Assembly: GCF_905372525.1 (NCBI RefSeq) | Contig: NZ_CAJPPN010000005.1 | Location: forward strand, 4,190-68,189 | DNA from: an uncultured Porphyromonas sp. | Lineage (GTDB): Bacteria > Bacteroidota > Bacteroidia > Bacteroidales > Porphyromonadaceae | DNA: 64,000 nucleotides | Reading direction: 5' to 3' | Shown: one piece after another, positions 50,248-60,519 of the stretch | How positions within the stretch are numbered: position 1 is the stretch's first letter | How the letters are laid out: each line of letters opens with the position of its first letter | The notes under the pieces: model-generated | What the model was told of the DNA's origin: nothing | Database searches by the model: none | The model's input: only the letters and a program-made list of their open reading frames with translations | Position numbers and translations under genes: made by a program

Positions 50248-51384
50248 CTAGAAGGGTAGGGCGAGGAGAGATCGGATCTTATCCAGTAGAGGGAAGAAGA
50301 TCGCTTCCCATAGTATCTTACGAACCTGGTCGATGAGAATGCTCCCGATGAAGACCACGATGAGGAAGCCTAAGAGGTAGACGAGGAACGTCCCCGTAGG
50401 GTAGAGGCTTAGCTGCCGTACAAAGGCAATGAAATGGTGGATGAGATGCTCATTGCAGTGAATGAGATATACGGCTAGTACGGAGGAGGCTACCCAATTG
50501 ATTAAGTGGCTCCGTATCTTCAGTCGAGAGAAGGTGATGAAGAGACATACAGCCCCGATGATATTCAGAGGCGAGCTATAGGCAAGGGTGAGGGCCGTGA
50601 TTGTCCCATTATTACCTAGGTTCCTCGGAGCAGAGGGGAATAGTAAAGGTAGGGTAGAGGCTAGATAGGGAATGAGGGCATTCAGGAGGGCTATACCTAA
50701 ATAGATCCCTAGGTATAGGCTCGTCTTCCCCTTTGTGGCGAAGGTCTCTGGATATAGATATATATATTGTCCGATTAGATAGAGCAGGATGAAGGAGAAG
50801 AGCGAATAGCCTGCACTGACCTTGAGATGATCTACCCCCCAGCCGAAGATACTCTGCATCAGCAATAGGGCTATAATGACCCCCAGTAAATTCTTCTCAC
50901 CCGTCTGGGCGACGAAGGTGTTGAGGATGGGGGAGAGTAGCATGAGCCCTATGTATACGGAGATAAACCAGCCACCGCTCGGATCTAAGGGGGAGAGACA
51001 TCGGGCAAAGTGTGCGCCCGAGAAGACTTCCCAACCGATTGCTACCAAAACGAGGTAGACCCCCATAATATAGAAGAAGGACTGGAAGAGTAGCCCCATA
51101 AAGCGATCTGCCCGTAGACGTATCCCGAAGTAACCTGAGATAAGTACAAAGGTATTGACCGCTACGACGGCGATTGTCTCCAGCCACGTCCTGAGGAAGG
51201 CAGAGACGGGGTTCGCTGCGATCTCCTGAGTGCTAGGAAAGCCAAAGCTGAGGCAGTCAGCATGTAGGATGAGGATGAAGATCATAGCCACGATCCTCAG
51301 AAGCTCGAAGCCTGACTGTCGCCCCTCTCTCTGTGGGAGAACTATGGATATAGAGCTATATGTATCGTCTGACATAGGTGACAT
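50248..51384 (-). CDS. Acyltransferase-3 family membrane O-acyltransferase
   Basis: R.SGFELLR..AM.....H, F.LISGYF, WF..VY, S..AVYLIH motifs, about 10 TM segments. Confidence 0.85.
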   Translation of the reverse strand: MSPMSDDTYSSISIVLPQREGRQSGFELLRIVAMIFILILHADCLSFGFPSTQEIAANPVSAFLRTWLETIAVVAVNTFVLISGYFGIRLRADRFMGLLFQSFFYIMGVYLVLVAIGWEVFSGAHFARCLSPLDPSGGWFISVYIGLMLLSPILNTFVAQTGEKNLLGVIIALLLMQSIFGWGVDHLKVSAGYSLFSFILLYLIGQYIYLYPETFATKGKTSLYLGIYLGIALLNALIPYLASTLPLLFPSAPRNLGNNGTITALTLAYSSPLNIIGAVCLFITFSRLKIRSHLINWVASSVLAVYLIHCNEHLIHHFIAFVRQLSLYPTGTFLVYLLGFLIVVFIGSILIDQVRKILWEAIFFPLLDKIRSLLALPF

Positions 51385-51512
51385 TTATAATGCCTCTGTG
51401 GTCATGAGAGGCTCATGAGGAGTCGGTACATACTCCTGCATCCTCTATCTGCTATACTAGGCCCTCTCACCCCCTATGTGACTGCACGGAGCGTAGGATA
51501 GCAGTCTCTAGA

Positions 51513-52382
51513 CTAGGGATGGAGTGCTGGACTAATGAAGTATCGTGCTCGGAACTCAGAGGGGGTGCACCCCTCGAGCCGACGGAAGAATTGCGAGAAG
51601 AAGGAATGAGAGGCAAAGTGTAGCTCGTCTGCGATCTGCTGGATGGAGAGATTGGAACTCGTGAGGTACATCTTCGCTGTAGAGAGGAGTAGGCTATTGA
51701 TGCTCTGGACGGCTGTCTCCCCTCCATACTCCTTGCATACCGACCCTAGGTAGCGTATGGAGATACAGAGCTCACGCGCATAGAACTCGGCAGCGTGCTC
51801 CCGATGGAAATTCTTGAAGAGGAGATCTAGGAACTCAGCGTAGTAGACCTTGCGTCGGGAGAAGTGTGTCGGGTCATACTCTACGTCCTCTTCGTAGTGG
51901 GCAAAGACTTCGCAGGTAGCAGCTGATAGGAGGTGCTGGAGGATCTCGATGTTGTACTTCGTCCGCTCCCGACGAGCTACCTCGCCGATGAGGATAAGGA
52001 TCTGGATGAAGCTCTCGACACGATCAGGACGGAGTGTGAAGCAGGGATAGAAGAGGATCTTCTTGATGAGCTCTGGACTGGGATACTTCCTTCGGACACC
52101 TACGTCAAGGTCATTATTCCACGTAAAGAGGTAGGCCTCGCTACCTGACTGACGATCCTGTATGTGGAAGGACTGATTGATGAAGATTATGCAGGCATCC
52201 CGATCACGGAGCTGATAGGTCTCTTGGCCGACTTGTAGAGTGAATGAGCCCTGTGTGCAGACGAAGAAGCGGGTGTACTGGTAGGCTCCCATCATGTAGA
52301 GGTATGGGGAGAAGTCCTGTAGCTCCTCGGTAATGTGCAGGTAATTGAGGTGCAGATGGTCGGGGACGTGGGAGGTAGGCAT
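51513..52382 (-). CDS. AraC-family transcriptional regulator
   Basis: C-terminal double HTH: FYARELCISIRYL...IQQIADELHF...FSQFFRR..GCTPSEFR. Confidence 0.92.
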   Translation of the reverse strand: MPTSHVPDHLHLNYLHITEELQDFSPYLYMMGAYQYTRFFVCTQGSFTLQVGQETYQLRDRDACIIFINQSFHIQDRQSGSEAYLFTWNNDLDVGVRRKYPSPELIKKILFYPCFTLRPDRVESFIQILILIGEVARRERTKYNIEILQHLLSAATCEVFAHYEEDVEYDPTHFSRRKVYYAEFLDLLFKNFHREHAAEFYARELCISIRYLGSVCKEYGGETAVQSINSLLLSTAKMYLTSSNLSIQQIADELHFASHSFFSQFFRRLEGCTPSEFRARYFISPALHP

Positions 52383-52434
52383 AGCGTGCAGTATGAGTCA
52401 GGGAGGATGGGGGATGAGGTAGCGCGGTGAGGTA

Positions 52435-53919
52435 TTAGTCTTTGGTGTGTTCTCGATAGCCGTTGTAGCGTGTCATGACCTGCTCGACGTAGCGGATGAC
52501 GCCTTTGCCTCGGAGGTAGCCAGCCCGGCAGACTGGATCGTTGTAGTATTTGGCCTCGCTCTTTAGGCGCAGTGTCTCCTCGATGCCTCCAGACCATTTC
52601 GTCGTAGAGTAGCCATACTTCTGTGCCAGTCGGATGGCATCCTGCAGGTGAGCGGGCCCTGCATTGTAGGCTGCGAGCGTCACCGAGATACGATCCTCAC
52701 CCTCGGGGATAGACTGGAACATCTTCTCTATACTACGGATACAGTCCACGGCGACACGTACAGAGACCGAGGGGTCGAGGAGCTGCTCCTTGCTCGCTCC
52801 GTAGATCTGTCCTGTACGGGGCATGATCCCCATGAGTCCTCGGGCTCCAGACCATCCGATGATCTGGGGCTTGAAGTTAGACTCCTGGTAGGCAATGGAG
52901 GCCAGCAGTTGCCAAGGCCACTTGAGGCGTGATGCTTCCCTCCGAAAGATCTCGTCGTAGGGGGATATCTCCCCCTCGTGGAGGTAGCTACGTTCGCCAC
53001 GTCCGATCTTGCCTCCCCGAGGAAGGCGCTCTGTGGGGGGACGAGGTTGGTCTGTAGTCGTGTCTTCGCTCTTGTTGAGCTCGAAGTACTTGCGGTAGAT
53101 GGTCTTGAAGGCTTTCTCCTGTGGGATGTCCTTCGCCCATTCATCTAGGGCCTTTGCCAAGCCCTCATTGTAGGGAGAGGTGAACCAGCGTAGACGCTGT
53201 GCGAAGCCTACCTCTACGGAGATGTCGATGTTGGGGTAGTAGGTCTTGGCGAGGCGTGCCAGCTCTTGGTCGGCAATGGTGTAGTCGATCACCCCGTCTG
53301 CGACTTGGTCGATGAGATCTTCGCTATCGAGGGTGTCGGAGGGAAGAAGCTTGATATTGATCGTACCCCCTAGTTGCTCCTGTAGACGCTGGATGCGCTC
53401 CTCGGCACGAGAGCCTGCCAGTAGAGTCACTGTCCGATCGAGGAGTCCCGTCACATCACGCACGTACCGAGCTGTATCCTCGCGGTGCACGACCCGACGC
53501 TGTACGAGCGTGAGCCCAGAGAGCTCCTCTGGACCCGTGAAGAGGAGTTCCTCCTTGCTGGACTGAGTGACAGCCCTCGGGGTGATACAGAGGTCCATCT
53601 GGCGGGTACGTACGAGTCGCTCGGCTTCGTCTAGGTCGTGTGCTAGGTAGAGTTTCATAGGACGACGTATCCGCTCAGCGAAGAGACGGACGAGCTCGTA
53701 CTGGTATCCCATCGGCTCGTCACGGTAGACGAAGTAGGTCGTGGCTCCAGAGAGTGTCACTACTCGTAGCGTATCGGGTAGCTTGGTACGTGCGATACGA
53801 TCAGCCTCGGCTGCCTCTGTATGTCGGCGATGAGTCAGCAGTATGCTCGAGATGAGAGCAAGTAGAAGCCCAGCGACCACCAGTAGGGTCGTTGGGCTAA
53901 GTCTCTTTGGTAGTCTCAT
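52435..53919 (-). CDS. MltF-like lytic transglycosylase (substrate-binding domain + SLT domain)
   Basis: GYQYEL binding-protein domain; YQES, GARGLMGIMP, AAYNAG SLT motifs. Confidence 0.88.
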   Translation of the reverse strand: MRLPKRLSPTTLLVVAGLLLALISSILLTHRRHTEAAEADRIARTKLPDTLRVVTLSGATTYFVYRDEPMGYQYELVRLFAERIRRPMKLYLAHDLDEAERLVRTRQMDLCITPRAVTQSSKEELLFTGPEELSGLTLVQRRVVHREDTARYVRDVTGLLDRTVTLLAGSRAEERIQRLQEQLGGTINIKLLPSDTLDSEDLIDQVADGVIDYTIADQELARLAKTYYPNIDISVEVGFAQRLRWFTSPYNEGLAKALDEWAKDIPQEKAFKTIYRKYFELNKSEDTTTDQPRPPTERLPRGGKIGRGERSYLHEGEISPYDEIFRREASRLKWPWQLLASIAYQESNFKPQIIGWSGARGLMGIMPRTGQIYGASKEQLLDPSVSVRVAVDCIRSIEKMFQSIPEGEDRISVTLAAYNAGPAHLQDAIRLAQKYGYSTTKWSGGIEETLRLKSEAKYYNDPVCRAGYLRGKGVIRYVEQVMTRYNGYREHTKD

Positions 53920-53943
53920 AGAGTGCAGGGATAGGGTCGAGGA

Positions 53944-55377
53944 CTAGTGCTGCTGGCGGATGAGCTGCACGACATTCTCGATATGGTGTGTATGGGGGAA
54001 CATATCTACGGCACGAGACTTCGTGACACGATAGTCTCCCGTAGCTGTCAGTAGCTGTAGATCACGAGCCTGCGTACCGGGATTGCAGCTCACGTAGACG
54101 ATACGCTGAGGGGCTGCTCTGAGGATCGTGGAAATGACCTCCTCGTGCATCCCTGCCCGTGGAGGGTCTGTGATGATCACATCGGGGTGTCCGTGCTGCA
54201 GGATGAAGTCTTCGGTCAAGATGTCCTTCATGTCGCCAGCGTAGAATAGGGTATTGTCTATGCCATTGACCTCACTATTGATCTTGGCATCGACGATCGC
54301 CTCGGGCACGTATTCGATACCGATGACAGAGGCGGCCTGACGAGCGACGAAGTTAGCGATCGTGCCTGTCCCCGTATAGAGGTCATAGACATGCTCCGCT
54401 CCCGTGAGCTCGGCGAAGTCACGAGCGACCTTGTATAGCTCGTAGGCCTGCTCGCTATTGGTCTGGTAGAAGGACTTCGGGCCTATGCGGAAGGTGAGCC
54501 CCTCCATCTGCTCCTCGATATAGTCACAACCTGCATAGCAGTGGATCTCCTGGTCGGTGATGGTGTCATTACACTTGCCATTGATGACGTAGAGGAGGGA
54601 GGTGATCTCGGGGAAACGTGCCTTGACGGCATCGAGTAGTGCCTCTCGAGCCTCTTGGTCTTCACGGAAGAAGACTACGACGAGCATGATCTCTCCCGTA
54701 GAGGTCGTGCGCATCATCAGAGTGCGCATGAAGCCCTCCTGCTTACGTAGGTCGAAGAAGGGGTACTTCTCGGGCTCAGCCTTGCAGTAGTCTCGGATGA
54801 AGAGACGGATGTCATCTAATACCTTTGCCCCCAGATGACACTGGTCTATATCTAGCACCTTGTCAAACATCCCCGGTAGGTGGAAGCCTAGTCCGGTGAG
54901 GTCTAGGCTCTCTGAGTCGGTCTGCCCCTTAAGCTCGTCGGGGAAGAGCCAGCGACGGTGACTGAAGGTGAATTCCAACTTGTTGCGGTATCGCTCCGTA
55001 CGCTTTGATCCGAGGATGGGGAGGTAGCGCTCTACCTCGATCTTGCCGATACGCTTTAGAGCATCCTGCACGACTTGCTCCTTGGCCTCTAGCTGGAGCG
55101 AGTAGGGGAGATGCTGCCACTTACACCCACCACATATAGTGAAGTGGGAGCAGTGAGGGGTGACACGCTGAGTCGAAGGGGTGATGATCTCTGTGATCTT
55201 TCCCTCCATGAAACTACTTTTCTTCTTCGTGACCTGTATGTTACATACGTCACCAGGTGCAGCAAAGGGGACAAAGAGCACCAGCCCATCTACATGGGTG
55301 AGCGCCTTGCCCTCGCCAGCTAGTCCCTCGATCGATATCCCTTCTAGTAGGGGTAGTTCCTTCCTCTTTCGTGCCAA
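53944..55377 (-). CDS. rlmD: 23S rRNA (uracil-5)-methyltransferase
   Basis: TRAM domain, C..F..CGGC, YRNK, SFYQTN, DLYTGTG, DPPRAG, YVSCNP, DMFPHT; TTG start. Confidence 0.94.
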   Translation of the reverse strand: MARKRKELPLLEGISIEGLAGEGKALTHVDGLVLFVPFAAPGDVCNIQVTKKKSSFMEGKITEIITPSTQRVTPHCSHFTICGGCKWQHLPYSLQLEAKEQVVQDALKRIGKIEVERYLPILGSKRTERYRNKLEFTFSHRRWLFPDELKGQTDSESLDLTGLGFHLPGMFDKVLDIDQCHLGAKVLDDIRLFIRDYCKAEPEKYPFFDLRKQEGFMRTLMMRTTSTGEIMLVVVFFREDQEAREALLDAVKARFPEITSLLYVINGKCNDTITDQEIHCYAGCDYIEEQMEGLTFRIGPKSFYQTNSEQAYELYKVARDFAELTGAEHVYDLYTGTGTIANFVARQAASVIGIEYVPEAIVDAKINSEVNGIDNTLFYAGDMKDILTEDFILQHGHPDVIITDPPRAGMHEEVISTILRAAPQRIVYVSCNPGTQARDLQLLTATGDYRVTKSRAVDMFPHTHHIENVVQLIRQQH

Positions 55378-55408
55378 TGCTTGTTCGTGTAAACCATTTA
55401 ATAATAAG

Positions 55409-55456
55409 ACGCCCCATAGCCCTTCTGACCTAAGAGGTGAGGGGGCTATGGGGCGT
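55409..55456 (-). terminator. Stem-loop between glmM and rlmD
   Basis: ACGCCCCATAGCCC...GGGCTATGGGGCGT inverted repeat; reads CTTATTATT after it on the minus strand. Confidence 0.6.
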
Positions 55457-55469
55457 ATAGAATGTCTTG

Positions 55470-56864
55470 TTAGCTTAGGTAAGAGCTGATGAGCTGCTTG
55501 TACTCGTCTGCTAGAGCGGTAGCTTCCTCGGCCGAGGGAGCCTCGGTGTAGATGCGTATGATGGGCTCGGTATTGCTACGACGTACGTGTACCCAGCGGT
55601 CGGCGAAGTCGATCTTCACCCCATCGATGAGGTTGATCTCCCCCTTGGCCTGCTCCTCCCGAGCTAGGCGATCAAGGAGGCTCTGTGGATCGATGCCAGC
55701 GGTGAGCTCTACACGTTGCTTGCTCATGTAGTAGCTGGGATAGGTAGCACGGAGCTCGCTGACGGAGCGACCACTCTTGGCGAGCATGGTTAGGAAGAGG
55801 GCTATACCGACTAGTGCGTCACGACCATAGTGGAGCTCGGGATAGATGACCCCACCATTCCCCTCCCCTCCGATGAGGGCATTGACCTTCTTCATCTTCG
55901 TCACTACATTCACTTCGCCTACGGCTGCTGCGTAGTATGAGCCTCCGTGACGTAGGGTGACATCTCGTAGGGCACGTGTGGAGCTGAGGTTCGATACGGT
56001 GTTGCCTCCACCGTTTAGGCTCAGGAGGTAGTCGGCGATCGATACGAGCGTGTATTCCTCTCCGAAGAATGCTCCATGCTCGTCTACGATAGCTAGGCGA
56101 TCGACGTCTGGGTCTACGACGAAGCCGACGTCGGCGGAGGTCCTACGTACCTCTTCACAGATAGCAGTGAGGTGCTCGGGTAGGGGCTCGGGGTTGTGGG
56201 CGAAGTCTCCCGTCGGCTCATCGAAGAGCCCGTGTACCTGCTCCACACCAAGGGCCTTGAAGAGGGCAGGCAGTGCTATACCCCCAACAGAGTTTACGCT
56301 GTCAAAGGCTACTCGGAAGCCTGCCTTGCGGATGGCCTCAGCATCTACACCTCGTGCACAGAGGACTGCCTGGATGTGCTCCTCTAGGTAGCTCTTCTGC
56401 TCGATGACTCGACCAAGCTGGTCGACGGGCGCAAAGTCAATATCCATCGTCTCCGCTAGGCGAAGGATCTCCTTGCCCTCAGCGTCACTTAGGAATTCAC
56501 CTCGGTTGTTCAGGAGCTTCAGTGCGTTCCACTGCTTGGGGTTGTGGCTAGCGGTGAGGATGAGGCCTCCGTCAGCCTTCTTCCCTGCGACGGCCATCTC
56601 CGTGGTCGGTGTGGTCGCTAGGTCGATGTCGATGACGTCACAGCCCATCCCGAGGAGGGTACCGATCACGATGTTCTTGACCATGATCCCCGAGAGGCGG
56701 GCATCACGTCCTACGACGATGGTGGGGCGCTCCTTGCCTGAGTGCTTTCGTATGAAGGTGGCATAGGCTGCGGTGAACTGAGCCGTACTGATCGGATTGA
56801 GTCCCTCCGAAGCGGCTCCACCGATCGTGCCTCGGATGCCAGAGATGGATTTGATGAGTGTCAT
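55470..56864 (-). CDS. glmM: Phosphoglucosamine mutase / phosphohexomutase
   Basis: SISGIRG, TASHNP phosphoserine loop, DPDVDR metal loop, GGEGNGG, SNTEP. Confidence 0.85.
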   Translation of the reverse strand: MTLIKSISGIRGTIGGAASEGLNPISTAQFTAAYATFIRKHSGKERPTIVVGRDARLSGIMVKNIVIGTLLGMGCDVIDIDLATTPTTEMAVAGKKADGGLILTASHNPKQWNALKLLNNRGEFLSDAEGKEILRLAETMDIDFAPVDQLGRVIEQKSYLEEHIQAVLCARGVDAEAIRKAGFRVAFDSVNSVGGIALPALFKALGVEQVHGLFDEPTGDFAHNPEPLPEHLTAICEEVRRTSADVGFVVDPDVDRLAIVDEHGAFFGEEYTLVSIADYLLSLNGGGNTVSNLSSTRALRDVTLRHGGSYYAAAVGEVNVVTKMKKVNALIGGEGNGGVIYPELHYGRDALVGIALFLTMLAKSGRSVSELRATYPSYYMSKQRVELTAGIDPQSLLDRLAREEQAKGEINLIDGVKIDFADRWVHVRRSNTEPIIRIYTEAPSAEEATALADEYKQLISSYLS

Positions 56865-56898
56865 GTATGGTGTACTTGTCTATGCGTATGGTGACAGT

Positions 56899-57522
56899 CT
56901 ACTGGTAGATGTATCGGGCTTCCTCTACGAAGATCGAGTTCCCCTCGGTGTAGGAGGCGGTAGGGCCTAGCTCGAAGGGAATGATGAGCTGTACACGAGC
57001 CCCGCTCCCTAGGAGAGAGGCTGGGAAGGCAACTCCCTCGCAGAGCAGCTGGTCGAGTGAGTCCGAGAAGCCCCCACTACTGATCGCACGGTAGTGTTCC
57101 GCCCCTACATTATAATAGGAGACGTAGAGGAACTTGAGCTCGCCGTAGCGAGGGTTGTTCAGTGAGTTGAACGTATAGCGTACCCCCTTGCTCTCGTTGA
57201 ATACTCGCCCCTTCATCTGGACGAGGACACGGGTCTTCTCTGCGACTGCCTTCGCCTTCTGATCTCCTGCGTCGAGTACACGCATATAGAGCCCGTTAGA
57301 GAGGCGGTAGAAGACGCTCTTATCGATCTCCTCGGGTAGGAGCTCATTGTCTCGGCTGATGACCCGGAAGCCCTCAGACGAGATGAGACGGTCTATGGCT
57401 CGGCGCTGCTCCTTCTTGAGCTGGGAGAGGGGCTTGATGTCACTCTTCTTCTTACAGCTCCCGAATAGCAGTGGCAGGATCAGGAGCAGTGCGAGGGTAC
57501 GATAGTTGAGTATTCTGTTCAT
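56899..57522 (-). CDS. DUF4827-like lipoprotein
   Basis: Lipobox FGSC from the in-frame ATG at 57522; NGLYM...G and VQLIIP motifs; position between DHH and glmM. Confidence 0.65.
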   Translation of the reverse strand: MNRILNYRTLALLLILPLLFGSCKKKSDIKPLSQLKKEQRRAIDRLISSEGFRVISRDNELLPEEIDKSVFYRLSNGLYMRVLDAGDQKAKAVAEKTRVLVQMKGRVFNESKGVRYTFNSLNNPRYGELKFLYVSYYNVGAEHYRAISSGGFSDSLDQLLCEGVAFPASLLGSGARVQLIIPFELGPTASYTEGNSIFVEEARYIYQ

Positions 57523-57542
57523 TATTGGATGTCTGTAGGTGC

Positions 57543-58583
57543 CTAAGGGAGTGACTTGCGTCGTAGCTCCTCTAGCTGGCAAAGATAGATATTTTTAGCG
57601 TCTTCGATACTTCCTTGGTACTCTGCCCCAGCGGCATTGAGGTGTCCACCTCCGCCGAAGGCTAGAGAGGCCAGTTCGTTCACGGGGAAGTCCCCCGTGG
57701 AGCGGAAGGAGAGCTTGATCTGCGTCTTATCCTCTCTGATGAAGCAAGAGCAGTGAATGCCCTCGATGGATAGGGGGATGTTCACCAAGCCCTCGGTATC
57801 TCCCTTGGTAGCTCCGAACCGCTGGAGCTCCTCTTGGGTCAGGGTCAGACAGGCTGCTCCGAGCTCGGGGTAGAGCTCCATACGCTGGTCGAGGACATAG
57901 CCCTGTAGGCGGATCTGTGCCTCGGGGTTGTGGTAGGAGAGGCGATCGATGATGAGTGGGTAGTCTGCCCCTAGGGCTAGCAGTGCAGAGGTCGTCTCAA
58001 ATAGCTCCGGGGAGAGGTGGCTGTACATGAAGCGCCCTGTGTCGGTGATGATCCCCACTAGGAGAAGTGTCGCGGTCTCCGCCGTGATATGCTCTGTCCA
58101 TCCGAGGGCTTGGGCAAGGAGATAGATGAGCTCACAGGTCGCCGAGGCCTCGGGGTAGCTGAAGCATGGGCTACAGCCCTCCTCGGGGTCGAGATGATGG
58201 TCGATGAGGATGCGTCGTGCGCCACTCTCTCGCACAGCCTCTACGAGGGCTGGGTAACGGAGGCGTCCTACCTCGTTGTGATCTAGGTGGAAGATGAGCT
58301 CTGCCCCCATGATTAGCTCTAGGGCACGTCCCTCCTCCTCGGGGAAGATAACGAGCTCCTCTAGGGCAGGGAGCCAGCTGAGATAGTTCTCGATCCTATC
58401 GGGGCTGATAGCGTGTATCTCTGCCTCGGGATGTACAGCACGCAGGATACGTACCCAGCCAAGGATTGACCCGAGGGCATCCCCATCAGGACTAGTATGG
58501 GGGAGTACGACGATGCGCCTATGCTCGGCGAGGAGCTGGCGTAGTCGCTCTAGGGCGGAGGTATCCCAGTTGTATTTGCCCAT
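57543..58583 (-). CDS. DHH-family phosphoesterase (NrnA-like)
   Basis: H..PDGDALGS, IDHH, TDTGRF, SFRS, GGGHLNAAG. Confidence 0.92.
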   Translation of the reverse strand: MGKYNWDTSALERLRQLLAEHRRIVVLPHTSPDGDALGSILGWVRILRAVHPEAEIHAISPDRIENYLSWLPALEELVIFPEEEGRALELIMGAELIFHLDHNEVGRLRYPALVEAVRESGARRILIDHHLDPEEGCSPCFSYPEASATCELIYLLAQALGWTEHITAETATLLLVGIITDTGRFMYSHLSPELFETTSALLALGADYPLIIDRLSYHNPEAQIRLQGYVLDQRMELYPELGAACLTLTQEELQRFGATKGDTEGLVNIPLSIEGIHCSCFIREDKTQIKLSFRSTGDFPVNELASLAFGGGGHLNAAGAEYQGSIEDAKNIYLCQLEELRRKSLP

Positions 58584-58635
58584 GTATTGTATTCTATTCT
58601 ATGTCTTATCTAATTCGTCTCACCCTACGGCCTCG

Positions 58636-60513
58636 TTATCCAGCCTTTTCCTCTAGCTCCAGCTGCCTGAGGACGAGCTCATCGAGCTCCTCTACGATCT
58701 GACCTATACGCTGTGAGGTCGCTAGGAGCTCTGTGTGCTCTAGTGTACCCGAGCTCAGGGTCGCCTCTAGCGAGGCCTTCTCTTGCTCTAACGCAGCGAT
58801 ACGCCCTTCTAGTCCCTCTAGCTCTCTCTTCTCTGCATAGGTGAGCTTGGGAGGGCGAGGAGTGCTGTGTCGCTTGGGCTCTGTCGAGGGAGTCGCTCGG
58901 CTGGCCTCTAGGCGAGCCTGCTCCTCTTCCTGTGCAGCTTGCCAAGCTCTATATAAGGTATAGTTGCCGGGGAAGTCTCGTACCTTGCCCTCCCCCTCGA
59001 AGCAGAGGAGGTGCTCGGTGACCTTATCCATGAAGAAGCGGTCGTGCGAGACGATGAGTACACAGCCGGAGAAGTCTTGTAGGTACTCCTCCAGGGCTTG
59101 GAGGGTCAGGATGTCTAGGTCGTTGGTAGGCTCGTCGAGCACGAGGAAGTTCGGGGCACTGACGAGTACGGTACATAGGTATAGCCTGCGTAGCTCTCCT
59201 CCGCTAAGCTTCTCTACGGGTGTGTATTGACGCTCTACGGGGAAGAGGAAGCGGGTGAGGAGCTGTGTGGCAGAGATATGCTCGGTGTTAGTCCCAGTAG
59301 GTAGGGTGAAGGAGTCTGCTATATCCTGCACGATGTCGATGACACGCTTCTCTGGGGCAAAGGCAGGCTGCTCCTGGCTATAGTAGCCGAAGCGTATCGT
59401 CTCCCCGATGTCGAAGTGTCCGCTGTCAGGGGCAACCTCCCCGAGGAGCATACGTAGGAAGGTGGTCTTGCCCACACCATTGGCGCCAACGATGCCGACC
59501 TTGTCTCGCCGACTGAATATGTAGCTGAAGTCCTCTAGGATGACCTTGTCCCCAAATCGCTTCGAGACATGCTCGGCCTCGAAGATCTTCTTCCCTATGT
59601 GTCCTGCTTGTGCTCCCCCTAGCTCCACACGTCCCGTACGCTGTAGAGCTTGGGTACGCTGCTCGAGCTCATGGAAGGCATCGATCCTATACTGTGCCTT
59701 CGTCCCCCGAGCCTGAGGCTGTCGGCGCATCCAGTCGAGCTCACGACGATAGAGATTGAGCGCTCGCTCTCGGGTAGCCTCCTGCTGGTCGTGTCGCTCC
59801 TGTCGCTTCTGGAGGTAGTAGTCATAGTTCCCCTTGTAGCGATAGAGACTACCATTATCTAGCTCGATGATGTGATTGCACACTCGGTCTAGGAAGTAGC
59901 GGTCGTGCGTCACCAGGAGGAGTCCCATCGTGGAGCGAGCGAGGTAATTCTCTAGCCACTCGATGCTCTTGAGGTCAAGGTGGTTCGTCGGCTCATCGAG
60001 GAATAGGAGGTCTGGCTGTCCAATGAGAGTGCCCGCTAGGGCGACGCGCTTGGCCTCGCCCCCAGAGAGTCGCTCGATAGGACGCTTGTAGTCGTGGATG
60101 CCGAGGGCGCCAAGGATCTCCTTAGCACGCTGCTCGTAGTCCCATGCCCCTAGAGCCTCCATCTCGGGTAGTAGATGCTCCATCGCCTCGCTGTCCCCCT
60201 CGGATACTGCATACTCCCACTGTAGGGTAAGGCGAGCCACAGGGTCATACTGGCTGAAGCAAGCCTCTAGGATCGTCTTGTCCTTGGGGAGGTCGGGTAG
60301 CTGGGGGAGGAAGGCTCGGCGTAGGTCTCGCTCATAGGTGACGCTCCCCGTATCCTGAGGCTCTAGCCCTAGGAGGATACGCATGAGGGTGGACTTCCCT
60401 GTGCCGTTGGGGGCGATGAGCCCCACCTTCTGCCCTCGGTCGATGGCGAAGGAGACCTCGGAGAAGAGGACTCTGTCCCCATAGCTCTTAGCCAGACGCT
60501 CTACCTGTAGCAT
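58636..60513 (-). CDS. ABC-F family ATP-binding protein (Uup-like)
   Basis: Two ABC domains (NGTGKS, GANGVGKT; LSGGE; LDEPTN; HDR), no TM segments, C-terminal coiled coil. Confidence 0.92.
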   Translation of the reverse strand: MLQVERLAKSYGDRVLFSEVSFAIDRGQKVGLIAPNGTGKSTLMRILLGLEPQDTGSVTYERDLRRAFLPQLPDLPKDKTILEACFSQYDPVARLTLQWEYAVSEGDSEAMEHLLPEMEALGAWDYEQRAKEILGALGIHDYKRPIERLSGGEAKRVALAGTLIGQPDLLFLDEPTNHLDLKSIEWLENYLARSTMGLLLVTHDRYFLDRVCNHIIELDNGSLYRYKGNYDYYLQKRQERHDQQEATRERALNLYRRELDWMRRQPQARGTKAQYRIDAFHELEQRTQALQRTGRVELGGAQAGHIGKKIFEAEHVSKRFGDKVILEDFSYIFSRRDKVGIVGANGVGKTTFLRMLLGEVAPDSGHFDIGETIRFGYYSQEQPAFAPEKRVIDIVQDIADSFTLPTGTNTEHISATQLLTRFLFPVERQYTPVEKLSGGELRRLYLCTVLVSAPNFLVLDEPTNDLDILTLQALEEYLQDFSGCVLIVSHDRFFMDKVTEHLLCFEGEGKVRDFPGNYTLYRAWQAAQEEEQARLEASRATPSTEPKRHSTPRPPKLTYAEKRELEGLEGRIAALEQEKASLEATLSSGTLEHTELLATSQRIGQIVEELDELVLRQLELEEKAG

Positions 60514-60519
60514 ACGGTA

